DNA from: Candidatus Cloacimonadota bacterium
Lineage (GTDB): Bacteria; Cloacimonadota; Cloacimonadia; Cloacimonadales; WRIO01
Direction of reading: 5' to 3'
Length of the DNA: 10,413 nucleotides
Assembly (NCBI GenBank): GCA_029564175.1
Contig: JAKQQL010000424.1
Span: 1 to 10,413 of the forward strand
The position numbers and the translations under genes were made by a program. Position 1 is the first letter of the stretch; each line of letters begins with the position of its first letter. This document shows positions 1 through 7,111 of the stretch, in pieces. Under the pieces are notes generated by a model. The model was not told where the DNA came from. It saw only the letters and a list, made by a program, of their open reading frames with translations, and ran no database searches.

Positions 1-968
1 TTAAAAGAGGTCATAAACCGTACTTCTCCGCTTTCTTCATCCCAAACATAGAAAAACCGTTTTTGCTGAATACGTTCTATTTTATCCTTAGGCAAAATAC
101 AGAAAACCGCATTCACTTCACTTTTACGTGTAGTGATTAAACTGGGAACATCCTGCAATAAATCATAAAGCAATTGAGCCAGATGATTCGCATTTTTAGC
201 ATTATGTCGCCATAAATCATTCTCAAAATAGGGCTTATACTGACAGGTAATAAATCTCAATTTAGAGAGTAACTGCATCGATTGCTTACGAATAAAAGGA
301 AAATATTTCGCTAAAACCGGATTAAAAAAGACGACAGCCTCTCCAAATCCCATCCCGTTTTTCGTACTGCCAAAAGAAAGTACATCAACCCCGCAATCCC
401 TGCTCATTTCGCGGAACCCTAGCCCCATTGAAGCACAGGCATTGGCTATTCTGGCACCATCCATGTGTAAATACATATCATTTTCATGGGCAAAATCGGC
501 AAGTTGTCTGATCTCCTCAACAGAGTAAAGTGTCCCCAGCTCAGTTGATTGAGAAATTGAAATGACTTTTGGCTGAGAATGATGTTGATCTCCCTGAAAA
601 TGCATAAAACTCATAACCTGTTCAACCCTTAACTTGCCATCTGATGTTGGAACAGTCAATAATTTTGCTCCGGTCAGATTCTCAACAGCACCACATTCAT
701 CTACGGCAATATGAGCTGATTCAGGACATACAATCGCTTCGAAGCTTCTGATAATTGTTTTTAGTGCTGTCGCATTTGCTCCGGTTCCATTGAGAACAAA
801 AAAGACTTCTGCATCCTCACCAAACACCTTTTTAAACAGCATTACTGCTTCCTGAGTATATAAGTCATCTCCGTAAGAGATAAAATCATTTTCATTTGCC
901 TTAATTATTGTATCCATAATTAGTGGATGAATACCGGCATTGTTATCACTGGCAAAACTTTTATTCAT
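1..968 (-). CDS. ltaE: Low-specificity L-threonine aldolase (PLP-dependent), 3' end truncated by the window edge
   Basis: Manual translation from ATG at 968 (RBS AGGAG upstream): MNKSFASDNNAGIHP...YGDD...FVLNGTGANA...AHIAVDECGA...STELGTLYS...LHMDGARIANA...DVLSFGSTKNG...VRFMTSF. The frame is open to the window edge, and the motifs (including the PLP lysine in GSTKNG) match the threonine aldolase family. Not in the ORF track because no stop codon falls within the window. Confidence 0.93.
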   Translation of the reverse strand, partial: MNKSFASDNNAGIHPLIMDTIIKANENDFISYGDDLYTQEAVMLFKKVFGEDAEVFFVLNGTGANATALKTIIRSFEAIVCPESAHIAVDECGAVENLTGAKLLTVPTSDGKLRVEQVMSFMHFQGDQHHSQPKVISISQSTELGTLYSVEEIRQLADFAHENDMYLHMDGARIANACASMGLGFREMSRDCGVDVLSFGSTKNGMGFGEAVVFFNPVLAKYFPFIRKQSMQLLSKLRFITCQYKPYFENDLWRHNAKNANHLAQLLYDLLQDVPSLITTRKSEVNAVFCILPKDKIERIQQKRFFYVWDEESGEVRFMTSF

Positions 969-990
969 ATTATTTCTCCTCTCTTATTCC

Positions 991-1042
991 GTACTGTGAG
1001 CATCTTGTTTGCAGGAAAACATAAGCTGACAGCTTGCGCTAC
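991..1042. repeat. REP-like inverted pair A (REPIN-like)
   Basis: 991-1014 (+) GTA-CTGTGAGC-ATCTT-GTTTGCAG and 1020-1042 (-) GTAG-CGCAAGC-TGTCA-GCTTATG. Same architecture as the pairs at 3975-4030 and 7112-7178. Confidence 0.7.
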
Positions 1043-1062
1043 TTGGTTTTTTGTAGCATTTC

Positions 1063-1791
1063 CTACTCATTAATCTTTTTTAGCATCGACAAAGGTACGT
1101 AGAATTTTGCAAACCGTTTACCTGCTTCATTTAGATAAGTACCTCGAACAGATGGCACCATTACTGTAGCTCTTTTGGTAATCCGATGAATGACGCCTTG
1201 ATATTCAACCTGTTCATATTCAAAAGATACTTTTTGACCAACCGGAAATTCAGATTTTTTAATCACTGCCTGATTCTCATTAGTAATGGCATGTCGGGTT
1301 TGAGTATGACCAAATAATCGCCATGCGATGATTCTAAAATCTTGTTTTGAGCAACTGGAATTTCCTTTTAAAACAAATTCCAATACATGTACCAGTTCAT
1401 GCTCCATCACCCGCATCAGTGCCTGAGCGGGACTTGAGCAGGGCAATCCGTTTACATCAAAAGATCTGCCTTTATTCTCTTTAAAAGTATGTAACAGGAG
1501 TGGAATAGAAAATACGATCTCAAAATGTCTTGTTCTTCTGTTGAATTTGGTAATGCCTGCAGAACGTGTCATCCGTCTGGACAAGTCAATAGCAATCTCA
1601 AGATTCTTAACCAAATAGCAATCAAAAAAGATTGAATCATAAAGATACATCAGCTGATTGATCACCGGATAAGAAAGAATCGCATTTTCATGATTTAGAT
1701 TTTCATCCAGATATTTAAAAAAATCAGTTTCTACTTTTTTTAATCTGATTTTATTGTCAGAGTATCTGATTGCCTCAAGCAAACTATTCAT
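1063..1791 (-). CDS. SprT-like zinc metalloprotease-family protein with a small C-terminal beta-rich (SH3/KOW-like) domain
   Basis: 242 aa. SRRMTRSAG motif and HELVH (HExxH) motif are typical of SprT-like domains. The C-terminal FPVGQKVSFEY...GVIHRITKRATV segment is beta-barrel-like. Confidence 0.8.
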   Translation of the reverse strand: MNSLLEAIRYSDNKIRLKKVETDFFKYLDENLNHENAILSYPVINQLMYLYDSIFFDCYLVKNLEIAIDLSRRMTRSAGITKFNRRTRHFEIVFSIPLLLHTFKENKGRSFDVNGLPCSSPAQALMRVMEHELVHVLEFVLKGNSSCSKQDFRIIAWRLFGHTQTRHAITNENQAVIKKSEFPVGQKVSFEYEQVEYQGVIHRITKRATVMVPSVRGTYLNEAGKRFAKFYVPLSMLKKINE

Positions 1792-1797
1792 TATGAG

Positions 1798-3246
1798 TTA
1801 TTTAACTACCTTTGCAATAGACTGTTTAAGAATATTTTCGATCATTTCGGCAGGCGGTTCCTTAATCAATTGATTTTCCATCAGCAGATTAACCGCTTTT
1901 CGGGTGTTGACAATATCTTGAATTGTTTGATCATATACCTCTTGATAAGTGAGTTCAATTCTTGCCACCTTTTCTTCAATCGCCTGCATGGCGACATCAG
2001 CAGCTACCTGGGCAAATACTTCATATTCTGTCATAAGTGGCAGGATTTTATCTGCATGAAAATCACGTTTACGAGCAAATTCAGCCAGAGATTGCGCTGC
2101 TTTAACAGCCATCCCATCTGTAATCTGTCTGGCTTTGCATAAAAGCGCCCCTTTCAGAATACCAGGGAAACCTAAGGAGTTATTTACCTGATTTGGGAAA
2201 TCTCCACGACCAGTTGCCACAATATAAGCCCCTGCTTCTTTAGCAGCATAAGGATAGATTTCCGGTACCGGATTTGCACAGGTAAAGACAATTGCTTTTT
2301 CATTCATACTGCTGATCCATTCAGGTTTCACGGTATTCGGACCAGGCTGGCTCAAGGCGATTAGTACATCTGCGCCTTTAATGCCTTCTTTTATCTCATT
2401 AATACAATCAGGATTGGTATTTTGACATAGCCCCCATTGAATATAAAATTCAGGGTCTTGTTCGATATCTTTTCTGTTTTTATGTAGTCCACCATCCTTA
2501 TCAAACAGCATAATTTTTGCAGGATCTGCACCCGTTAACATAAGCAATTTCGCTACGGTTGAATTAGAAGCACCTGCACCCATCAGTACGATACGACTTT
2601 CTTCTATCTTCTTGTCTGCTAAAATCAGGGCATTAATCAGACCTGCAAGAATAACACAGGCTGTACCCTGTGCATCATCATGCCAAACAGGGATATGACA
2701 TTCCTTACGTAAGACGTCAAGTACTTTATAACAATCCGGCTGAGAAATATCTTCTAAATTGACAGCACCGACACTGGGCTGAAGCATTTTAACAAATTCT
2801 ATGACTTTATCCGCCTGCGGTTTCTGATTCTCATCCCGATTATCTACACAAAGTGCAATTCCATCAACCCCTGCGAGATATTTCATCAGATAAGCCTTAC
2901 CTTCCATCACACCCAATCCGCCCGCAGGTCCGCAATCACCATCTCCCAATACACGGGTAGAATCGCTGACAACCGCTACCAGATTACTGCGGTTTGAAAG
3001 ATGAAATGAGCTGTCATGATGATCACGTATCGTTGTTGATACAGAAGATACACCTGGCGTGTACCACACATTAAACCAGTTAAAACCATATAAACCTGCC
3101 TTTGGCAAGGTTTGAATCTTACCCTGATAAAATGTATGCATCTGTAAAGCCATCTCTTTATAAAACAAGGTTTTTATCTTTGCTTTTTCTTCCTCACTGA
3201 CATTTTCAGGGAAGTATTGTTCAATATTTTCTAATGAAATATCCAT
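1798..3246 (-). CDS. mae: NAD(P)-dependent malic enzyme (small bacterial/archaeal type, no PTA domain)
   Basis: 482 aa with WYTPGV, VLGDGDCG...VMEGKA, NLEDI, WHDDAQGT, GAGAS nucleotide-binding loop, ANPVPEI and ATGRGDFPNQVNNSLGFPG motifs. RBS AAGGTG upstream. Confidence 0.95.
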   Translation of the reverse strand: MDISLENIEQYFPENVSEEEKAKIKTLFYKEMALQMHTFYQGKIQTLPKAGLYGFNWFNVWYTPGVSSVSTTIRDHHDSSFHLSNRSNLVAVVSDSTRVLGDGDCGPAGGLGVMEGKAYLMKYLAGVDGIALCVDNRDENQKPQADKVIEFVKMLQPSVGAVNLEDISQPDCYKVLDVLRKECHIPVWHDDAQGTACVILAGLINALILADKKIEESRIVLMGAGASNSTVAKLLMLTGADPAKIMLFDKDGGLHKNRKDIEQDPEFYIQWGLCQNTNPDCINEIKEGIKGADVLIALSQPGPNTVKPEWISSMNEKAIVFTCANPVPEIYPYAAKEAGAYIVATGRGDFPNQVNNSLGFPGILKGALLCKARQITDGMAVKAAQSLAEFARKRDFHADKILPLMTEYEVFAQVAADVAMQAIEEKVARIELTYQEVYDQTIQDIVNTRKAVNLLMENQLIKEPPAEMIENILKQSIAKVVK

Positions 3247-3323
3247 TATTACACCTTTCTTAAAGGAATATGATACAATTTCATTAAAACCGTAAATTAT
3301 GTAAAGAATTATTTAAAAAACAT

Positions 3324-3352
3324 TTGACTTTTCTTTTAAAATCGCTTATACT
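3324..3352 (+). promoter_or_regulatory. Putative sigma-70 promoter for the TerB-like gene
   Basis: TTGACT (3324-3329), 17-nt spacer, TATACT (3347-3352), followed by RBS GGGAGGA and ATG at 3375. Confidence 0.7.
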
Positions 3353-3374
3353 TTTATAAAAAAGGGAGGATAAA

Positions 3375-3962
3375 ATGGAGCGTGAATCAATCAGTATTCA
3401 AGATTATTTAAAGGATTCAACACGTAAAGACAATAAAGAGCATGTACTTGCAACTTTCTTTATCAAACGGAACTATGAGCCAAAAACACCACAGGAAAAA
3501 TCCATACTTGATAATTTTTCATTTATTGCAGCAGCAATGTCTTTACTTATTCATATTACCATGTCAAAAGGCAAAATCACTGATAATGAAAAAGAAGAAA
3601 TCATTGAACGACTTGTATTTCAATTACATCAGCGTTCCTTTGAATACACTCATTACCGTGAAGAATATGGGAAAGCTGAATTGGAAATTATTCATCATCT
3701 TTTTGAAAAACTGATACATGAGTATGAAAATCATCAGATGCACATTGATGAACAGGTTAAATTAATCAACCTGATCTATCAAAATAACCCTCAAAAACGC
3801 TTTTTTATAGTAAGATTGTGTTTCTATATTGCTTTTGCAGATAAATCTCTCAATATTGCAGAAAAATTGATTATCGATGAGCTTGCCCAAAAGCTCAATG
3901 TGGAAGAAACTGAAGTCAAACGAATCAAAGCGGAAGTGTCTGAAGAATTGGAATTACAATAA
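3375..3962 (+). CDS. TerB-like (tellurite resistance TerB / DjlA N-terminal-like) family protein
   Basis: 195 aa, helical. Two TerB-like repeats (MSKGKITDNEKEEI and IAFADKSLNIAEKLIIDELAQKLNV). Strong RBS and promoter. Confidence 0.7.
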   Translation: MERESISIQDYLKDSTRKDNKEHVLATFFIKRNYEPKTPQEKSILDNFSFIAAAMSLLIHITMSKGKITDNEKEEIIERLVFQLHQRSFEYTHYREEYGKAELEIIHHLFEKLIHEYENHQMHIDEQVKLINLIYQNNPQKRFFIVRLCFYIAFADKSLNIAEKLIIDELAQKLNVEETEVKRIKAEVSEELELQ

Positions 3963-3974
3963 CAATTTATCGTT

Positions 3975-4040
3975 GTAACGTAAGCTACCAGCTTGCGAAA
4001 AGAAAATAACAAGCAGGTTGCTTGTCTTACAACCTGCTTG
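3975..4040. repeat. REP-like inverted pair B plus an extra half-copy, between convergent genes
   Basis: 3975-3997 (+) GTAA-CGTAAGC-TACCA-GCTTGCG and 4008-4030 (-) GTAA-GACAAGC-AACCT-GCTTGTT. The outer flanks GTTGTAA/TTACAAC are complementary. An extra CAACCTGCTTG lies at 4030-4040. Confidence 0.75.
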
Positions 4041-4069
4041 CCCTGTTATCATCTTGCAGAAAAAATAGT

Positions 4070-4804
4070 TTACCGATATCTGTTTCTGATTTTTGTGAGT
4101 TCACCACTTTTTTCCAGCGCATTTAAGGCATTATTATATCGATCAAATAGTTTCATTGCATTTTCCGATTTCTTACTAAAAGCCGTATAAAGAGGATCTG
4201 ATGTAATAATATAAGGTTGTACCTTAAAATTCGACCAGCTCTCATTTCCAATATAATATTTTGCGACATATTCACTGATTGCAGCAAATTCAAAACGATC
4301 CCCTTTGAGTTTATCAATCATGCTTTCTGATGAAGCAGATATATCTTTCTTAAAGATTTCACTCTTATCGAAAACATCACTATAAGCATATCCTCTGACA
4401 ACACCAACTGTTCTGCCTTTCAAATCTTCGAGTTTGTTGATAACTGAAGGATTATTCTTTTTTGTTATTAAAACGCGTTTATCCATACTAACGCTTTTGT
4501 CAGGGTATTTCAAAAAAGCAAGTCTTTCATTGTTTTTTAAAATGCCAAAAATGGCATCAGCTCTACCCTCTTTTATCATTTGCATACAACGTTCCCATGG
4601 ATAAAATTGAATTTCATAATCCAGTTTTGCTTCCTTGCACACACGATCAATGATTTCTACATCCAGCCCTTTGGGGACTTTATTTTGAGTGTACTCATAA
4701 GGTGGATATTCTTCGCAGATAAAAGTTAACTTGTTTTGCGACCACAGCATACTAAACAGGGTCATCATCAGCATCATGAAGATGATTTTTCGAGTTCCTT
4801 TCAT
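4070..4804 (-). CDS. Extracellular solute-binding protein, family 3 (polar amino-acid ABC-type), with signal peptide
   Basis: 244 aa. N-terminal signal peptide (MKGTRKIIFMMLMMTLFSMLWSQ) and the motifs EEYPPYEY, GLDVEI, YPWERC, GRADAI, LEDLKGRTVGVVRGYAYS and a C-terminal LEKSGELTKIRNRY. RBS GGGAGGG. Confidence 0.9.
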   Translation of the reverse strand: MKGTRKIIFMMLMMTLFSMLWSQNKLTFICEEYPPYEYTQNKVPKGLDVEIIDRVCKEAKLDYEIQFYPWERCMQMIKEGRADAIFGILKNNERLAFLKYPDKSVSMDKRVLITKKNNPSVINKLEDLKGRTVGVVRGYAYSDVFDKSEIFKKDISASSESMIDKLKGDRFEFAAISEYVAKYYIGNESWSNFKVQPYIITSDPLYTAFSKKSENAMKLFDRYNNALNALEKSGELTKIRNRYR

Positions 4805-4837
4805 TTTCCCTCCCTTAATTTTGAGTGACTTTTACAA

Positions 4838-4866
4838 TTGATTTCATCACCTATACACACTATCAT
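4838..4866 (+). promoter_or_regulatory. Possible sigma-70 promoter for the oadG-oadA pair
   Basis: TTGATT (4838-4843), 17-nt spacer, TATCAT (4861-4866). The very AT-rich context lowers specificity. Confidence 0.35.
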
Positions 4867-4973
4867 GTTTTATGTTTCAATATAATACAGCCTTTTTTAA
4901 AAAAAACAATAAAATAATCACTTGCTTTATGATTTATTTTAAGTATTTTATTTTTAACAGAAAGGAATATATC

Positions 4974-5234
4974 ATGATTATTATCATCGCATATTTTGTC
5001 ATATCAATACCGATACTAGCAGTTTTCTTTTTCATATTCTACAAATCGTTTCTTTCAATCAAACTTTTATCAACAAAAAATCAGTTAGCCCCTGACTTAC
5101 TTGAAAAATACCAGGTTCATGACAAAAGCACACCTGAGACAAGCATCATTTATCATTCTGATGATGAGGAATCTGAAGATATTTCAGTCGTAATCAGCAC
5201 GGCTGTTTCTATCTATTATGCAAATCAACAATAA
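4974..5234 (+). CDS. oadG: OadG-like (Na+-translocating decarboxylase gamma subunit) single-pass membrane protein, 86 aa
   Basis: The likely start is ATG 4974 (RBS AAAGGA at 4961-4966), not 4872. N-terminal TM helix (IIIIAYFVISIPILAVFFFIFY), polar/acidic linker, and a C-terminal EDISVVISTAVSIYY helix resembling the gamma-subunit 'aVIaAAi' motif. Directly upstream of the oadA-like gene. Confidence 0.65.
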   Translation: MIIIIAYFVISIPILAVFFFIFYKSFLSIKLLSTKNQLAPDLLEKYQVHDKSTPETSIIYHSDDEESEDISVVISTAVSIYYANQQ

Positions 5235-5256
5235 ATAAATAAATAAAGGAGTAATC

Positions 5257-7107
5257 ATGACACTGAAAAAGATTCAGTTTATGGACACCTCATTTAGGGA
5301 TGGATTTCAATCTGTATTTGGTGCCCGAGTTAGAACAGATGATTTCTTACCAGCTCTGGAAGCTTCTCTCGAAGCAGGAATTATGCATTATGAATTTGGA
5401 GGCGGTGCCAGATTTCAAAGTCTCTATTTTTACTGTAATGAAGATGCCTTTGATATGATGGACCGGTTTCGTCAGGTAGCTGGTCAGGATGCCAATCTCC
5501 AGACACTTGCCAGAGGGATCAATGTGGTAGGTTTATCACAACAACCCAAGGACATAATCAATCTTCATGCCCAATTATTCAAAAAACATGGCACCAGTAC
5601 CATTCGTAATTTCGATGCATTGAATGATATGCGAAATCTCGATTACTCAGGTCATTGTATCAAAAATGCAGGACTTCATCATCAAATTTCCATTTCTCTG
5701 ATGGGTTTACCTCCAGGAATTCAGGATAATACAGTTCACACTGCTGATTTTTACATCGAAAAACTGAAAGAAATACTTGAAAAAAATATACCATTTGATT
5801 CATTAGTTTTTAAAGATGCCAGCGGAACCACCCCTCCTCAAATCGTCAGAGATACTATCAAAAAAGCCAGAGAAATCTTAGGTAAAGACCGTATTATCTG
5901 GTTCCATACACATGATACAGCCGGATTAGGTACGGCAGCCATCATGGCAGCTGTTGAAGCTGGCGCGGATGGGATCGATCTGTCAAAATCACCTGTCAGT
6001 GGAGGTACATGCCAACCGGATATTTTAACTATTATGGCAGCCTTTAGAAATACCAATTTCACTTTGGATTTGGATTATCAAAAAGTCCTTAAAGCTGAAC
6101 GTGCCTTTGAAGATGCGATGGAAAGATATATGATTCCACCAGAATCCAGAGAGACATCTCCTTTGATTGTCCTCTCTCCTATGCCTGGTGGGGCATTAAC
6201 AGCGAATACCATGATGATGCGTGATAATAAAACGCTGCATCTGTATCCAAAAGTGATTGAAGAAATGGCTGATGTCGTGGCAAAAGGCGGTTTTGGAACA
6301 AGCGTTACACCTGTATCACAGTTCTATTTTCAACAGGCTTATATGAATGTTGTCATGGGAAAATGGAAAAAAATAACAGATGGATACGGCAATATGGTTT
6401 TGGGTTACTTTGGCAAGACACCCAGACCAGCTGACCCTGAAATCGTAAGAATTGCTTCTGAACAACTTAAAAAAGACCCGTTTGAAGGAGATCCGATCGA
6501 TATTCTGCCACCGGCTTATGAAAGCAGTAAACAAGTCATTATCGACAATAATCTGGATGCAAGTGATGAAAATATTTTTATCTATGCAACCTGTAAAGAT
6601 AAAGGTCTGGAATTCCTAAAAGGGAATGCGCCGCTTTCCGTTTATTATAAAGAAGAGGTTAAACCTGAGCCTGTAAAAGTATCTCCACCTACTCCTGAAC
6701 CAACAAAAAAATCTCTGTCTCCAGAAAATCTGATTGTAACTGTCAATGGCAAACAGTATCACGTTCATGTCCAACCGGATACAGGTGAAGTTCAATCCTA
6801 TACACCTATCCCACCTTCAGCACCAGTAACTCCTGCTCCAGTTCCTCCTGCTCAAAAACCAGTTCCTCAACATACTCTTACTTCTGCATCAACAGCCAGT
6901 CCTTTACTTGCACCCATTCATGGCGTTATTGTAAAAGTACTGGTTTCAGAAAATCAAACAATCAATGAAGGAGATCTGGTGCTTACCATAGAAGCCATGA
7001 AAATGGAAAATGAGATCTATGCCCATAAATCTGGCAAGATTGACAAAATCATGGTTAATCCAAACCAAAATGTGGATGAAGGTCAAACCCTTCTCACCAT
7101 ACGATAA
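5257..7107 (+). CDS. oadA: Oxaloacetate decarboxylase alpha subunit / pyruvate carboxylase subunit B (carboxyltransferase + biotin carrier)
   Basis: 616 aa. Carboxyltransferase motifs DTSFRDGFQS, GGGARF, FKDASG, HTHDTAG, PMPGGAL and VTPVSQ, Pro-rich linkers, and a biotinyl domain with EAMKMENE. RBS AAGGAG. No biotin carboxylase domain. Confidence 0.9.
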   Translation: MTLKKIQFMDTSFRDGFQSVFGARVRTDDFLPALEASLEAGIMHYEFGGGARFQSLYFYCNEDAFDMMDRFRQVAGQDANLQTLARGINVVGLSQQPKDIINLHAQLFKKHGTSTIRNFDALNDMRNLDYSGHCIKNAGLHHQISISLMGLPPGIQDNTVHTADFYIEKLKEILEKNIPFDSLVFKDASGTTPPQIVRDTIKKAREILGKDRIIWFHTHDTAGLGTAAIMAAVEAGADGIDLSKSPVSGGTCQPDILTIMAAFRNTNFTLDLDYQKVLKAERAFEDAMERYMIPPESRETSPLIVLSPMPGGALTANTMMMRDNKTLHLYPKVIEEMADVVAKGGFGTSVTPVSQFYFQQAYMNVVMGKWKKITDGYGNMVLGYFGKTPRPADPEIVRIASEQLKKDPFEGDPIDILPPAYESSKQVIIDNNLDASDENIFIYATCKDKGLEFLKGNAPLSVYYKEEVKPEPVKVSPPTPEPTKKSLSPENLIVTVNGKQYHVHVQPDTGEVQSYTPIPPSAPVTPAPVPPAQKPVPQHTLTSASTASPLLAPIHGVIVKVLVSENQTINEGDLVLTIEAMKMENEIYAHKSGKIDKIMVNPNQNVDEGQTLLTIR

Positions 7108-7111
7108 TATT

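Noticed and set aside
1870..2142. 90-aa plus-strand ORF
   Set aside because: Antisense inside the malic enzyme gene, with no RBS or recognisable motif.
3442..4190. Short ORFs 3442-3714 (+), 3824-4012 (-) and 3993-4190 (+)
   Set aside because: They overlap better-supported genes or the repeat element in other frames, with no motifs.
4872..4973. N-terminal 34-aa extension of the oadG-like ORF
   Set aside because: Low-complexity AT-rich promoter region with no RBS at 4872. The ATG at 4974 has a good RBS and begins the TM helix.
5231..5246. (ATAA)4 microsatellite between the oadG stop and the oadA RBS
   Set aside because: Only four units, non-coding and upstream of the RBS. Too short to argue for phase variation in an AT-rich genome.
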